Assembly: GCA_963783575.1 (NCBI GenBank)
Contig: CAWAOD010000009.1
Location: 640,001 to 704,000 of the forward strand
Length of the DNA stretch: 64,000 nt
DNA from: an uncultured Spirochaetota bacterium
GTDB taxonomy: Bacteria > Spirochaetota > Brevinematia > Brevinematales > JAOACQ01
Direction: 5' to 3'
Part shown: positions 31,638-41,931 of the stretch, piece after piece
How the letters are laid out: each line of letters begins with the position of its first letter
Position numbering within the stretch: position 1 is the first letter of the stretch
Translations under genes and position numbers: made by a program
The notes under the pieces: model-generated
Database searches by the model: none
Told to the model about the DNA's origin: nothing
Seen by the model: the letters and a program-made list of their open reading frames with translations, nothing else

Positions 31638-32009
31638 TTATTCATTTATCTTATTTTCTACAAATACAAGAATTTTTTTGGCGTTTACTATTGCCTGTTT
31701 GACGTCTTCCAAATCAGGATCCAGAATATCATCAGGATATCGAAATACAGGAGAAATATTTTTAGCATATTCAAAAATAATAGAAAATGATAGGTCTATT
31801 TTTTCATAAATTTCTGTCAATTCAACAACATCTTGAGTTTTAATCAGTGGTTTTTTTTTATAAGACAAAAAAGCTTTTAAAGCTTTTTCTCCGCTTTGCT
31901 GGGCATGATAAATGGCAGTATCAAGTAATGGCTTTTTGTTTCCAATTAGAACTATTGATACTTCAAGATCATTTCTGGCTTTATATAACCATTTTTCGTA
32001 CATTTTCAT
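31638..32009 (-). CDS. HEPN-domain protein (possibly degenerate)
   Basis: WLYKARNDL..AIYHAQQSGEKALKA..RYP; the usual KTHDL reads KTQDV. Confidence 0.8.
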   Translation of the reverse strand: MKMYEKWLYKARNDLEVSIVLIGNKKPLLDTAIYHAQQSGEKALKAFLSYKKKPLIKTQDVVELTEIYEKIDLSFSIIFEYAKNISPVFRYPDDILDPDLEDVKQAIVNAKKILVFVENKINE

Positions 32010-32322
32010 AAATTTTTTTGCCTTCAGATTTAATTTTATAGCAAAGTGAAGAAACATCTTCTGCCATTTCTTCAAATTCATGCCTGGTATAAACTAAAAT
32101 ATCTTTTCTAAGTAAAAGCCCTCTGAGTGAGTCAATTCCTATAATTAGTCTTTAATAATTTTTCTCATCGGATTTGTCCACAATAATCAATAAATCCAGA
32201 TCACTGTCTTTGGTTGGCTGACCCCAGGCATATGAACCAAAAAGATAAATTACAGCAGGATGATAAACATTGATTAAGCGGTTTTTTATAATCTCCAGCA
32301 TATTATTATCTACTATTTTCAT
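31981..32322 (-). pseudogene. Minimal nucleotidyltransferase (MNT) with in-frame stop; absent from the ORF track
   Basis: Manual translation: MKIVDNN..IYLFGSYAWGQPTKDSDLDLLIIV..NY*RLIIG..DILVYT..EF..EGKKIYE; TAA at 32152-32154. Confidence 0.82.
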
Positions 32323-32405
32323 GTATATACTCGAAAAATCAATAAATATTTTATAAATTATATAAATATAATATTAATAAGTCAAATCAGGGTTTCTGAT
32401 AAAAT

Positions 32406-32662
32406 TTAAATAGCCATCTTTATAATTTTTTCGGCTTTGAGTTTAAAATACAATAAATCATATTGTTCCCTATCGGACAATACATACTGACCGTAAAACT
32501 TATATAATTATGCTCCGCGCTGAATTTATGATACCAATTTGAATTTGTTATTCCAATACCGTTAAGGATATCACCGAGAATTTTCTTATTGTCGGCAATA
32601 TCCGGCATTGTTTCCATTATTACCTTAAGATCGAATGAAACGGGGAATCCAGGGCTGTTCAT
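32406..32662 (-). pseudogene. DUF493/YbeD-like protein, frameshift at ~32485
   Basis: FPVSFDLKVIM..S..NYISFTVS; the shifted frame gives LSDREQYDLLYFKLKAEKIIKMAI*. Confidence 0.6.
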
Positions 32663-32672
32663 ATAAAATAAC

Positions 32673-33543
32673 CTAAGCTTTGATCTCTGTCCCGATACCC
32701 GCATCGGTTAGAAGTTCAAGCAATACTGAATGCTCAACCCTTCCGTCAATAATATGCACTTTTTCAACGCCGCTTTTGATGGCTTTTATCGCGGAATCGA
32801 TTTTTGGAAGCATTCCTTTTGTAATAATACCGGCTTCCTTCAGCTTAATAACCTCTTCTTCGCTGATGCTTGTATAAAATGATGCCTCATCATTTACATC
32901 CCGGTAGATGCCTTTTATATCAGTCATATAAATTAGCTTTGCCGCTTTTACGCTTAATGCGATTTCACCAGCGGCAGTATCGGCGTTAATATTATATGTC
33001 TCTCCGTCTTCACCGATCGCGACCGGTGAAACAACGGGAATATAGCCGTCTCCGGCCAGGGACAGAAGGAGTCCAGGATTTATACGAACTATAGTTCCGA
33101 CCTGTCCCAGGTCTAGGCCTTTACCGCTTTTATCCTCTTTTTTTTTCGCAACAATCAGATTGCTGTCCTTGCCGGAAAGCCCGACGGCACTGCCGCCATT
33201 GACATTTATCAAAGCGACTAGCTCCTTATTTAGAAGCCCGCTTAAAACCATCTCGGTTATTTCCATAGTTTCCCTGTCAGTTACCCTGTGGCCTTCCAGA
33301 AAGATTGCCTCTTTTCCCAGCCTTTCCATGCAGATTTGTTATATGAGGCCCTCCTCCGTGAACAACGATTATTTTTATACCGATAAGTTTCAGCAGTACA
33401 AAATCCTGGATCGCCTTCTTTTTCAATTCCGGTTCATCCATTGCGTTACCGCCGTATTTAATGACAACTATTTTATTGTTAAATTCCTTGATATATGGTA
33501 GAGCTTCCATTATGATCCGAGCTTTTTCGATATATTTCTGCAT
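32673..33543 (-). pseudogene. argB: Acetylglutamate kinase, frameshift at ~33330
   Basis: VIKYGGNAM..VVHGGGP in one ORF; GHRVTD, NINADTAA, GMLPKI in the next; one extra base joins them. Confidence 0.9.
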
Positions 33544-33941
33544 ATATAAACCTCATCTATTAATATATTAATATGTTGAATAATATTAAAATAATAAATC
33601 TATTCCCAATTAAAAACAAGGATATTAATTATAAAAGAGTATTCGTGGCTATGCAAATGAATTGATGAAATGTGTTCCGCATTAACAAATTGAGCAATTT
33701 AAAAGTTGAAAGTTACAAAGTATTAAAGCTATGAAATGAGCCCACCTTGATATAAAAATAATTAAATATTCAAAAATAATAATATATATTTCATTATATT
33801 GAAATGATAAGTATTTCATTATAAAATATTGCATTGAAAATATTTATTATTTGAAAATCCCGCTTTCAATATCTTATAAATAAAAAAGGTCCGGTATATC
33901 GGTCTGGAAAAATAGCATGTTTAAGAACAGGAGTATGGGAT

Positions 33942-36203
33942 ATGAGCATTCCAGGCTTTTTTAAAAAGAAAAAAAAGAAAAAACCCGCTATAAGGCCGGT
34001 TCGTTTCAGTTTAAAACTGAAAATGACAATACTTGTTTTTATTCTAATACTTTTTACCGTAGGAAGCATTTCCAATTTTATAATAAATTATGAAAATACT
34101 ATACTTAAAAATCAGCTTTTGGACACATTGCAGGTTTATCTGGAAACTTTTAGAAGAAATGTTGAATTATTTTTATTCAAAAACGGAGATAAAGAGGGTT
34201 TGAAAAGGTTCATACAGTCTTACCAGAATATCCGGAATTTCAAAATGGCAATGTATGTAAATAATAACGGCGTCATTATGATCGGAACTGAAAATAAAAA
34301 TATCGGAAATAATGTTGAAAAGGAAAATCAACAGGCATTTCAAAATATTTATGAAGATAAAATATATATTGTTGAGGGTTCGGGTAAAAAAATCGGTAGC
34401 TATGAAGGTTTTATGCCCGTTTATCTTCCCTATATGTCGATTCAGACAAACGATAATATGAAGATCGAAAATTTTATCGATCTATACAAAAGTGGCAGGT
34501 TATTTAAAAATGATCAATTAAATGATGAATTAATGAATAATCTTAAATTTATCAGTGATTTCGACATTTTATTTTCCGAGTATTTTGCGGTTAAACCCGG
34601 GGAATCAGTTCTGCATAATGTAAGCTTACCGGATTCAAGCGAAGTGTCATTTTTAAAAAAGATGAACAATGATTTTGAAAATTATAAAGACGGCAATGAG
34701 ATTGCATTGACAAATGAATCTATTATACAAACAGTAGAATTAATGAAAAAAATGGGCTTAAGCAAGGAAAAAGCGGCTGGTTATCTGACTTACCGGGATA
34801 AAGGAATCCTTTTTAATCATATTGAATTGATGAATGCCAATGTCAGGTCGAATCTTCAATTTATATATTTCCTTGAGCGATATGTTTTGAAATATGTAGA
34901 TAATTTTGGGAATCCATCACCGGAATTCGATAGGTTGATCGAAATTTTAAACGGCTCAGATACTTCATTATCTAAGCCCGGTAATTCTTCAAATAATATT
35001 AAGCCGGAACTGACCTTCAGCAGGGACGAATACCTTGAAATTTTCAACGGATTATTGAAATTGTACCAGAAATTTCTTGATTACAGATATGAGGGTTTAT
35101 CTATGGACAGGGCGGATATTGAAAAAACATTTATTTTATTGAGAAAGATTTACCGTATCGGAACTGTAAGAATCGATCTGGATATGGAGAAAATCCTGGT
35201 CGATCAGAAAATTGTCGTAAACAGCACAATCGATATAGCTTTGATGGTAATTATGAGGATATTGGTTATAACATTCTTAATTGTTGCGGGTATTATTTCA
35301 CCGATAAATATTCTTTCGGAAGGTACGGATGAAATTACTAAGGGGAATCTGGATAAGTTCCTGGATATCAAGACGAAAGACGAAATAGGCCAGTTTGCCG
35401 ATAAATTCAATATTATGTCGAGGAGTTTGAAAAAAGCCTTTGAGGAAGTCCGGGATAAATCAAGGATGGAAGAGGAGCTCAAAACAGCGAAAGAAATCCA
35501 GGAATCAATACTTCCGAAGGAATTACCAAAGATCGAAAATTATGTCTTTTCTGCCTATTATAAGCCGCAGACAGAATCCGGCGGTGATTATTACGATTTC
35601 ATCCCCGTTGATGACAGCCATTTCGGAATTGTTGTCGCAGATGTTACAGGTCATGGAGTAGGTGCGGGTATTGTTATGGCAATGCTGAGATCGGCCCTTA
35701 GGACTTATGCTGTAAAACGGATAGATGCCTCAAGGGTAATAAAGGACATAAATCCCATTCTATTCAGGGATACACTTCCAACAATGTTTGCAACCGTGTT
35801 TTACGGAGTGGTCGATTTTATAAAGCATGACATGTATTATTCGATAGCCGGGCATAATCAGGGTTTGATCTACAATTCGCAGGAAGGTTTGATAAAGATT
35901 ATGAAAGCAGGAGGCATGCCTGTAGGTATGGTCGAAAGCGAAGTCTTTGATCCCGCTGTCGAACTATTCAAAGTGCATTTAAACCGGGGAGATATTTTCA
36001 TACAATACACAGATGGTATTACTGAGGCTAAATCCGTATCGAAAGAAGAGTACGGCGAAGAAAGGCTTTACGCGGCGATTAAAAAATATGCAGCCGCAAA
36101 GCTTGATGATATGCGGGACTGCATTATATCTGATGTTAAAAAATTTACCGGGGAAGAACCTCAAAGCGATGATATTACACTTTTAATTATGAAGCTTCAG
36201 TAA
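33942..36203 (+). CDS. Membrane HAMP / PP2C (SpoIIE/RsbU-type) phosphatase
   Basis: AKEIQESILP, GGDYYDF, ADVTGHG, AGHN, YTDGITEA, DDIT. Confidence 0.92.
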   Translation: MSIPGFFKKKKKKKPAIRPVRFSLKLKMTILVFILILFTVGSISNFIINYENTILKNQLLDTLQVYLETFRRNVELFLFKNGDKEGLKRFIQSYQNIRNFKMAMYVNNNGVIMIGTENKNIGNNVEKENQQAFQNIYEDKIYIVEGSGKKIGSYEGFMPVYLPYMSIQTNDNMKIENFIDLYKSGRLFKNDQLNDELMNNLKFISDFDILFSEYFAVKPGESVLHNVSLPDSSEVSFLKKMNNDFENYKDGNEIALTNESIIQTVELMKKMGLSKEKAAGYLTYRDKGILFNHIELMNANVRSNLQFIYFLERYVLKYVDNFGNPSPEFDRLIEILNGSDTSLSKPGNSSNNIKPELTFSRDEYLEIFNGLLKLYQKFLDYRYEGLSMDRADIEKTFILLRKIYRIGTVRIDLDMEKILVDQKIVVNSTIDIALMVIMRILVITFLIVAGIISPINILSEGTDEITKGNLDKFLDIKTKDEIGQFADKFNIMSRSLKKAFEEVRDKSRMEEELKTAKEIQESILPKELPKIENYVFSAYYKPQTESGGDYYDFIPVDDSHFGIVVADVTGHGVGAGIVMAMLRSALRTYAVKRIDASRVIKDINPILFRDTLPTMFATVFYGVVDFIKHDMYYSIAGHNQGLIYNSQEGLIKIMKAGGMPVGMVESEVFDPAVELFKVHLNRGDIFIQYTDGITEAKSVSKEEYGEERLYAAIKKYAAAKLDDMRDCIISDVKKFTGEEPQSDDITLLIMKLQ

Positions 36204-36371
36204 TATCATACCGCTTGAAGAACTAGCATTGTGAGGTGTTGTGTTCTCACAGTAAAGCTCATATTAGGTATCCAGAAGCTATTGTTGAGGCTGCCTAGTG
36301 GCAAATATGTCGGCAGAAATCGGATAAGAAATCATGGATTTCATAAGCACCAGTAAAGGAGTTTTTATAAT

Positions 36372-37904
36372 ATGGAAAGGGGAATTTTAATTCTTGATTT
36401 CGGTTCGCAGTATACTCAATTGATAGCAAGGAGAATTCGTGAATTCGGTGTTTATTCCGAGATTTATCCATACAATCTTGATATCAAAAAAGTGAAAGAA
36501 ATGGATCCATTCGGAATAATTCTTTCAGGCGGCCCATCCAGCGTCACCGATACTAACGCTCCAATGATCTCAGGTGAAATTTTCAAGATCGGTAAGCCGA
36601 TTCTGGGGATTTGCTATGGACTTCATCTGATAACAAAGCTTCTCGGAGGCGTTGTTGAACGCTCAACCAATAGGGAATACGGCAGAGCTGTGCTTGATAT
36701 TATAAATGACAGCGTTCTTTTTAAAGATGTAATCAACAATAAAACCGCCTGGATGAGCCATGGTGATTCAGTGGTTAAATTACCAGCAGGGTTTGATATT
36801 ACTGCCCGTTCAAATGATAACAATTATGCCGCGATTGAAAATAAAAGTGAAAATATTTACGCGGTCCAGTTTCATCCCGAAGTGGCTCATACCGAGGAAG
36901 GAAAAAAGATCCTCTCAAATTTCGTGTTCCTGATTGCCGGCTCTGAAAAAAACTGGAGCATGAAAGACTTTGTGGCGAATGAAATCGAAAAGCTCCGGGG
37001 TCAGTGCAGCGGGAAGAAGGTTGTGCTGGGGGTAAGCGGCGGAGTTGATTCAACAACCCTGGCTGTGCTTGTACAGAAAGCCCTCGGAGATTCGGTAACA
37101 TCGATTTTCGTAAATAACGGCCTTCTCAGGCAGAATGAAGAAGCTGAAGTTCTGCGCAACCTCAGGGAAAGGCTGGGTTTGAGGATCGATTACATTGACG
37201 CAAGCGAAGAATTCCTGAAAAATCTTGAAAATGTTGAATCTCCTGAGGAAAAAAGGAAGATCATCGGCAGGGCTTTTATAGATGTGTTTTACGGAAGGCT
37301 CAGGGATTTCGATTACCTGATCCAAGGAACATTATATCCAGATGTAATTGAGAGCAATCCTGTAAAAGGGCCGTCGCAAACCATAAAAACCCACCATAAC
37401 CGTGTTAAGGAAGTTCAGAAACTAGAGAGGGAAGGAAAAGTGATCGAGCCTTTCAAGTTTTTATTCAAGGACGAAGTAAGGGAAGTTGCTTCAATATTGA
37501 GTATTCCAGAGGATATACTGAACCGGCATCCTTTTCCGGGTCCCGGGATCGCGGTAAGGATCCTCGGCGCAGTAACAAAGGAAAAGCTTGATATTCTCCG
37601 CGCAGCAGATCAAATATTTATAGATGAGCTGCGGAAAAGCGGCTGGTACGAGAAAACCTGGCAGGCTTTTGCCGTATTTCTGCCTGTAAAAAGCGTAGGA
37701 GTTATGGGGGATGAGAGGGCTTATGGAAATGTTATAGCTCTCAGGGCTATTACAAGCATTGACGGCATGACGGCGAACTGGGCGCACATACCATACGAAG
37801 TGCTTGATGAGGCTGCAAATAAAATCGTCAGGCAGATCAGGGAAATCAACCGGGTCGTTTATGACATAACATCGAAACCGCCCGCAACGATCGAGTGGGA
37901 ATGA
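36372..37904 (+). CDS. guaA: GMP synthase (glutamine-hydrolysing)
   Basis: DFGSQYTQLIARR, GICYG, QFHPEV, SGGVDS, RHPFPGPG, SKPPATIEWE. Confidence 0.97.
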   Translation: MERGILILDFGSQYTQLIARRIREFGVYSEIYPYNLDIKKVKEMDPFGIILSGGPSSVTDTNAPMISGEIFKIGKPILGICYGLHLITKLLGGVVERSTNREYGRAVLDIINDSVLFKDVINNKTAWMSHGDSVVKLPAGFDITARSNDNNYAAIENKSENIYAVQFHPEVAHTEEGKKILSNFVFLIAGSEKNWSMKDFVANEIEKLRGQCSGKKVVLGVSGGVDSTTLAVLVQKALGDSVTSIFVNNGLLRQNEEAEVLRNLRERLGLRIDYIDASEEFLKNLENVESPEEKRKIIGRAFIDVFYGRLRDFDYLIQGTLYPDVIESNPVKGPSQTIKTHHNRVKEVQKLEREGKVIEPFKFLFKDEVREVASILSIPEDILNRHPFPGPGIAVRILGAVTKEKLDILRAADQIFIDELRKSGWYEKTWQAFAVFLPVKSVGVMGDERAYGNVIALRAITSIDGMTANWAHIPYEVLDEAANKIVRQIREINRVVYDITSKPPATIEWE

Positions 37905-37920
37905 TAATTAGGGATTAAAT

Positions 37921-38871
37921 ATGCGAAATAAGTTACCAGTTATTATTTTCATCATCCTAGCTATTATGGCATTCATTTCCCTTGGGCCCAGGGTAAAAAT
38001 ATCTGAAGATATTCGAGCGGTGAATCTTCCGGGTGACCTAGACAATTATTTAAACGCAAGTGAGCAAAAATATCCAAATTAAATTCCGGGGACTGAAAAA
38101 AAAATAATCTGGGCAAATTCAGATAAAAGAAAGACGAAATATTCCATCATTTACATCCATGGATTTACAGCTTCCCGTCAGGAAACGGCCCCTGTCAGCG
38201 ATAAAGTGGCGCAAAAACTGCATGCGAACCTCTTCTATACTAGGCTAACCGCGCATGGCCTTGGAGCCGAGGCTTTTTCGAATGTAAGTGTAAACGACTG
38301 GTTTAATGATGTGAATGAGGCCCTGGAAATCGGTAAAAAAATGGGGAATAGGCTGATTTTAATAGGAATGTCGACTGGCGCCCCGCTTGTAATTTGGGCT
38401 GTACAGATGGAAACAAACATCGCGGCAGTTGTATTGATGTCGCCAAATTTTGGAGTCGCAAATAAAGAAGCCGGTATTATATTATGGCCCTGGGGAAATC
38501 TAATATCTCATATCATGGTTGGTGATTACTACGGCTATAAATCCGTAAATCCTCTGCATGAAAAATACTGGACATCAAAATACCGTATTGAAGGGCTTCA
38601 GCCTATGATGGCGCTGGTTGAATATGGGCGAAATGCCGATTATTCAAAAATTACATTACCTGCCTTGTTTCTATATTCTGAAAATGATGAAGTCATTGAT
38701 TTATCACAGATGAAAATGTCCTTTCAAAAACTTTCATCAAAGCAAAAAAAGCTTGTAAATGTTCCAGGCGCCCGGCAGCATGTAATTGCGGGCGATATTT
38801 TGTCTCCTTGGACAACAGATTTTGTTGTCCGGACAATAAACGATTTTTTAAAAGAAAACCTACTTTATTAA
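37921..38871 (+). pseudogene. Alpha/beta hydrolase with N-terminal anchor and one in-frame TAA
   Basis: Frame runs from ATG 37921 through TAA 38080-38082 into IHGFTASRQE and ORF 38206; GMSTG nucleophile, D..ID, H. Confidence 0.8.
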
Positions 38872-39603
38872 TTTATTTTCAAGGCTATTCTGAGGTATCA
38901 CCTGCGAAAAAAGTCCCGAAAGATATCCCATCCAACCGAAGAATAATGTTGTACCAATTAAAATTAGGAATATCCCGCTTATTATTTTAACGGTATTAAA
39001 GTGTCTTTTGATGAAGTCAAAAAGTGACAGGAGCCTTCCGGTTAAAAGCCCGGTCAGTACAAAGGGAATTCCGAGCCCGAGTGAGAAAGTCAGTAAAAGC
39101 GTAATTGAAATAAAAGGTGTTTCGGCGGCTGTCGATGTAAATAATATACCGCTTAAAACCGGACCGATACAGGGAGTCCAGCTGGCCCCAAAAGCAGCTC
39201 CCATGATAAAAGAGGAAAAAAATGAAGTTTTTCGAAAATCTGTTTTAATTTTCGCCTCATAATTCAAAAATCTCAGGGTAAAAATTCCCATTGTGTGCAG
39301 GCCGAAAACTATAATAATAAGGCCTGCAACCCTGTCGAACCATATTTTATATTTCCCGAGAGACTGGACAAAAAAATAAAACAATGCCGCAAACAGAGAG
39401 AAAATCACCGCGAAGCCAATTACAAAAAAAAGCGAATAAACAAAAATTTTAAAATAAGGTTTATAATGAGAGTCCGGCATTTCGTTTTTCAATTCGCTCA
39501 CGGATAACCCCGATGCGTAAGCTATATACATTGGTATCATAGGCAGTACGCAGGGTGAGATGAATGTAATGATCCCACCTAGAAATGCTATCAGATAATT
39601 CAT
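38860..39603 (-). CDS. ccdA: CcdA/DsbD-type transmembrane electron transporter
   Basis: FISPCVLPMIP and WTPCIGPVL. Confidence 0.9.
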   Translation of the reverse strand: MNYLIAFLGGIITFISPCVLPMIPMYIAYASGLSVSELKNEMPDSHYKPYFKIFVYSLFFVIGFAVIFSLFAALFYFFVQSLGKYKIWFDRVAGLIIIVFGLHTMGIFTLRFLNYEAKIKTDFRKTSFFSSFIMGAAFGASWTPCIGPVLSGILFTSTAAETPFISITLLLTFSLGLGIPFVLTGLLTGRLLSLFDFIKRHFNTVKIISGIFLILIGTTLFFGWMGYLSGLFSQVIPQNSLENKLIK

Positions 39604-39606
39604 TGG

Positions 39607-39993
39607 CTACTTCTTATACATAAGTTCATAACTTTTCTTGATTCCCTGATATTTGGAAATAATTGCATGAAGGTTTTTAATCCTTCGTGTAAGCATACTG
39701 ATCATTCCGTAAGCAAACTGAGGATTTTGCTTAATCTGTTCAAGAATGGTCTGCTTATTGAAAACCTGGACTTCGGTATCTTCAATTGCCTCAATTGTTG
39801 CAGTTCTTGGTTCATTTAGAAACATACTCATTTCGCCGATAAAATCCCCTTTTTCAAAAGTCGCCAGTTCAACCGATTCGGAGTTGATAGTTTTATAAAC
39901 CCTGACTTTACCTGAAATGATGAAAAAGATATCGGTTCCTTCTGATCCCTCGGCAAACAATATCTCATTTTTTAAAACTTTTTTTGTAACCAT
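39607..39993 (-). CDS. Cyclic-nucleotide-binding domain protein
   Basis: LFAEG..FFIISGKVRV..GDFIGEMS..PRTATI. Confidence 0.88.
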   Translation of the reverse strand: MVTKKVLKNEILFAEGSEGTDIFFIISGKVRVYKTINSESVELATFEKGDFIGEMSMFLNEPRTATIEAIEDTEVQVFNKQTILEQIKQNPQFAYGMISMLTRRIKNLHAIISKYQGIKKSYELMYKK

Positions 39994-40003
39994 TAAGGAC
40001 TCC

Positions 40004-40675
40004 TTAATATATTTGTTTATTATTTATTTCTATTTTCCCTTCAATAATCGCAATTGATCTGGATGTCCCTATCCTTGTTGCTCCGGCTTCTATCATTTTT
40101 ATTGCAGTCTCATAATCGCCAATGCCGCCGCTTGCCTTTATACCAATCTGCCCTCCGGCAATCGACTTAAACAGCCTGATATCCTCAACTGCGGCGCCTG
40201 CTGAGCTGAAACCTGTTGATGTTTTAATAAAATCGGCCCCGCTATCCATTACGATCCTGCATACAGTTTCTTTTTCCTCATCACTGAGCAGGCATGTTTC
40301 AACAATGACCTTTAGTATGTGTTCCCCACATGATTTTTTTAACCGGCTAATCTCACCGGAGACATAGTTTGTGTCCCCGTCTTTAATCTTCCCTATTGAA
40401 ATTACCATATCCACTTCATCTGCCCCATCGTTAAGTGCTTTTTCAGCCTCAAAGACTTTTATTTCCATGGTATTGGCGCCGAGAGGAAAGCCTGCCACAG
40501 CCACAATACTTACACTTGTATTTTTTAGAAAAGCTGCGGCGTTTTTAATCCGGCATGGATTGATGCAAACGGCAAAAAACTTATATTTAACCGCTTCGGT
40601 GCAGATCCTCTCAATATCTTTAATACCTGCATCCGGTTTTAATATCGTATGATCAATATAACTTTCTATATTCAT
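40004..40675 (-). CDS. deoC: Deoxyribose-phosphate aldolase
   Basis: YIDHTILKP, GFPLG, DEVDMV, LKVIVET, FIKTSTGF, KASGGI, RIGTS. Confidence 0.96.
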   Translation of the reverse strand: MNIESYIDHTILKPDAGIKDIERICTEAVKYKFFAVCINPCRIKNAAAFLKNTSVSIVAVAGFPLGANTMEIKVFEAEKALNDGADEVDMVISIGKIKDGDTNYVSGEISRLKKSCGEHILKVIVETCLLSDEEKETVCRIVMDSGADFIKTSTGFSSAGAAVEDIRLFKSIAGGQIGIKASGGIGDYETAIKMIEAGATRIGTSRSIAIIEGKIEINNKQIY

Positions 40676-40690
40676 TTAATTCTCCTTTTT

Positions 40691-40710
40691 AACAAGCGTG
40701 CCGCTTGATC
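40691..40710. repeat. Short palindromic repeat, copy 4
   Basis: AACAAGCGTGCCGCTTGATC directly upstream of the deoC RBS. Confidence 0.75.
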
Positions 40711-41040
40711 CAATTTTACTTGATTCATTTTCTATTTCCCTGTATTTTCATTCAAAAATATAACAGATTTGAAAACAACTTTTAGATATTATAACTCCGG
40801 TACAATTGATTTGCTTTTTTAATTTACTTTTATTAATATGTTTTCTGTTTAAATAATTACAAACAAAAATAGCTCAATTTATACAAGATATTGAAAGGAT
40901 AAAAAACTAATTGTATTATTATATATGTTTCTCCTGATATAGACAAGATTAATAAGATTTTACATATAATGTCAAAGTATTCACAAATTGTTGAGTATTG
41001 ACAATTATTCCATTAATCAAAATTTTATATCGAGGTAAAA

Positions 41041-41775
41041 ATGAGCTTAACATTATTTGAAGTATACCTGACTTTGAAAAATGAATTCGGTTTACAAAAT
41101 TGGTGGCCTGTAATAAGAAACGGCCGCTGTGTATATCTTGAAGAATTTACACAGAGAGAAAGGTCCCCGGAAGAGAAGCTCGAGATAATAATAGGGGCAA
41201 TACTCACCCAGAATACATCATGGAACAATGCAGTAAAGGCTATCTGTAATATAAAAAAGAAAAATTACTTAAGTATAGAATTTTTAAATAAAATTGATTG
41301 TGAAAAACTTGCCGGATTAATAAAAACTTCGGGATATTATAATCAAAAGGCAAAAAAAATAAAGGCTTTTATGAAATTTATAAATTTTTATGGAGATGAC
41401 ATAAATGTGCTTGATAAATATCCGGTTGAAGCGGCAAGAAGGTTATTATTGGATATATGGGGCATCGGGTTTGAAACCGCAGATTCCATATTACTCTATG
41501 CTTACAGAAAATTAGTCTTTGTTGCCGACGCATACGCAGGAAGAATTTTCTCAAGACTGGGTTTTTTTGATAATAATTCGGGTTATGAAATAATAAGGAA
41601 ATTTTTTCAGAAGTCATTACCCGAAGAAACCCTTGTTTACCAGGAATTTCATGCTTTGATTGTTGAAATGGGAAAATCAATTTGCAGAAAAAAACCTTTA
41701 TGTGAAATTTGCCGGTTTATAAATAGTTGCAGATTTGCAAAAGAAAACACTAATTACGCACAGGTTTGCACTTAG
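41041..41775 (+). CDS. HhH-GPD / endonuclease III-related protein with 4Fe-4S motif
   Basis: GAILTQNTSW, GIGFETADSILLYA, CRKKPLCEIC..C. Confidence 0.88.
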   Translation: MSLTLFEVYLTLKNEFGLQNWWPVIRNGRCVYLEEFTQRERSPEEKLEIIIGAILTQNTSWNNAVKAICNIKKKNYLSIEFLNKIDCEKLAGLIKTSGYYNQKAKKIKAFMKFINFYGDDINVLDKYPVEAARRLLLDIWGIGFETADSILLYAYRKLVFVADAYAGRIFSRLGFFDNNSGYEIIRKFFQKSLPEETLVYQEFHALIVEMGKSICRKKPLCEICRFINSCRFAKENTNYAQVCT

Positions 41776-41871
41776 TTTTGCACAGATTCTACACAAAAGA
41801 AATGCTGGTTATTCTGCACTAAATAATAAAGTTCAAAAATAGTTTTATTTGAGAAGTTTAAATTACAGTAT

Positions 41872-41887
41872 TGGTATAAATATTGCA
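41872..41887 (+). promoter_or_regulatory. Putative sigma-54 (-24/-12) promoter
   Basis: TGGTAT-AAATA-TTGCA with exact GG-N10-GC spacing, about 45 bp before ATG 41932. Confidence 0.6.
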
Positions 41888-41931
41888 CTTAAAATATTTG
41901 ATCTTTATTTTAAGAAGGGAAAATAGAGAAT

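Noticed and set aside
33545..33940. ARG boxes or an ncRNA upstream of argB
   Set aside because: AT-only palindromes with non-consensus spacing, expected by chance at this composition.
36209..36219. Further copies of the 20-bp repeat (CCGCTTGAA here and at ~14110)
   Set aside because: Only half of the palindrome is present; too short to call.
36269..36328. SAM-I riboswitch (TATCCAGA...GATAAG ends)
   Set aside because: The conserved core (GAGGGA-GGCCC, GCAACC, GTGC) is missing and the downstream gene is guaA.
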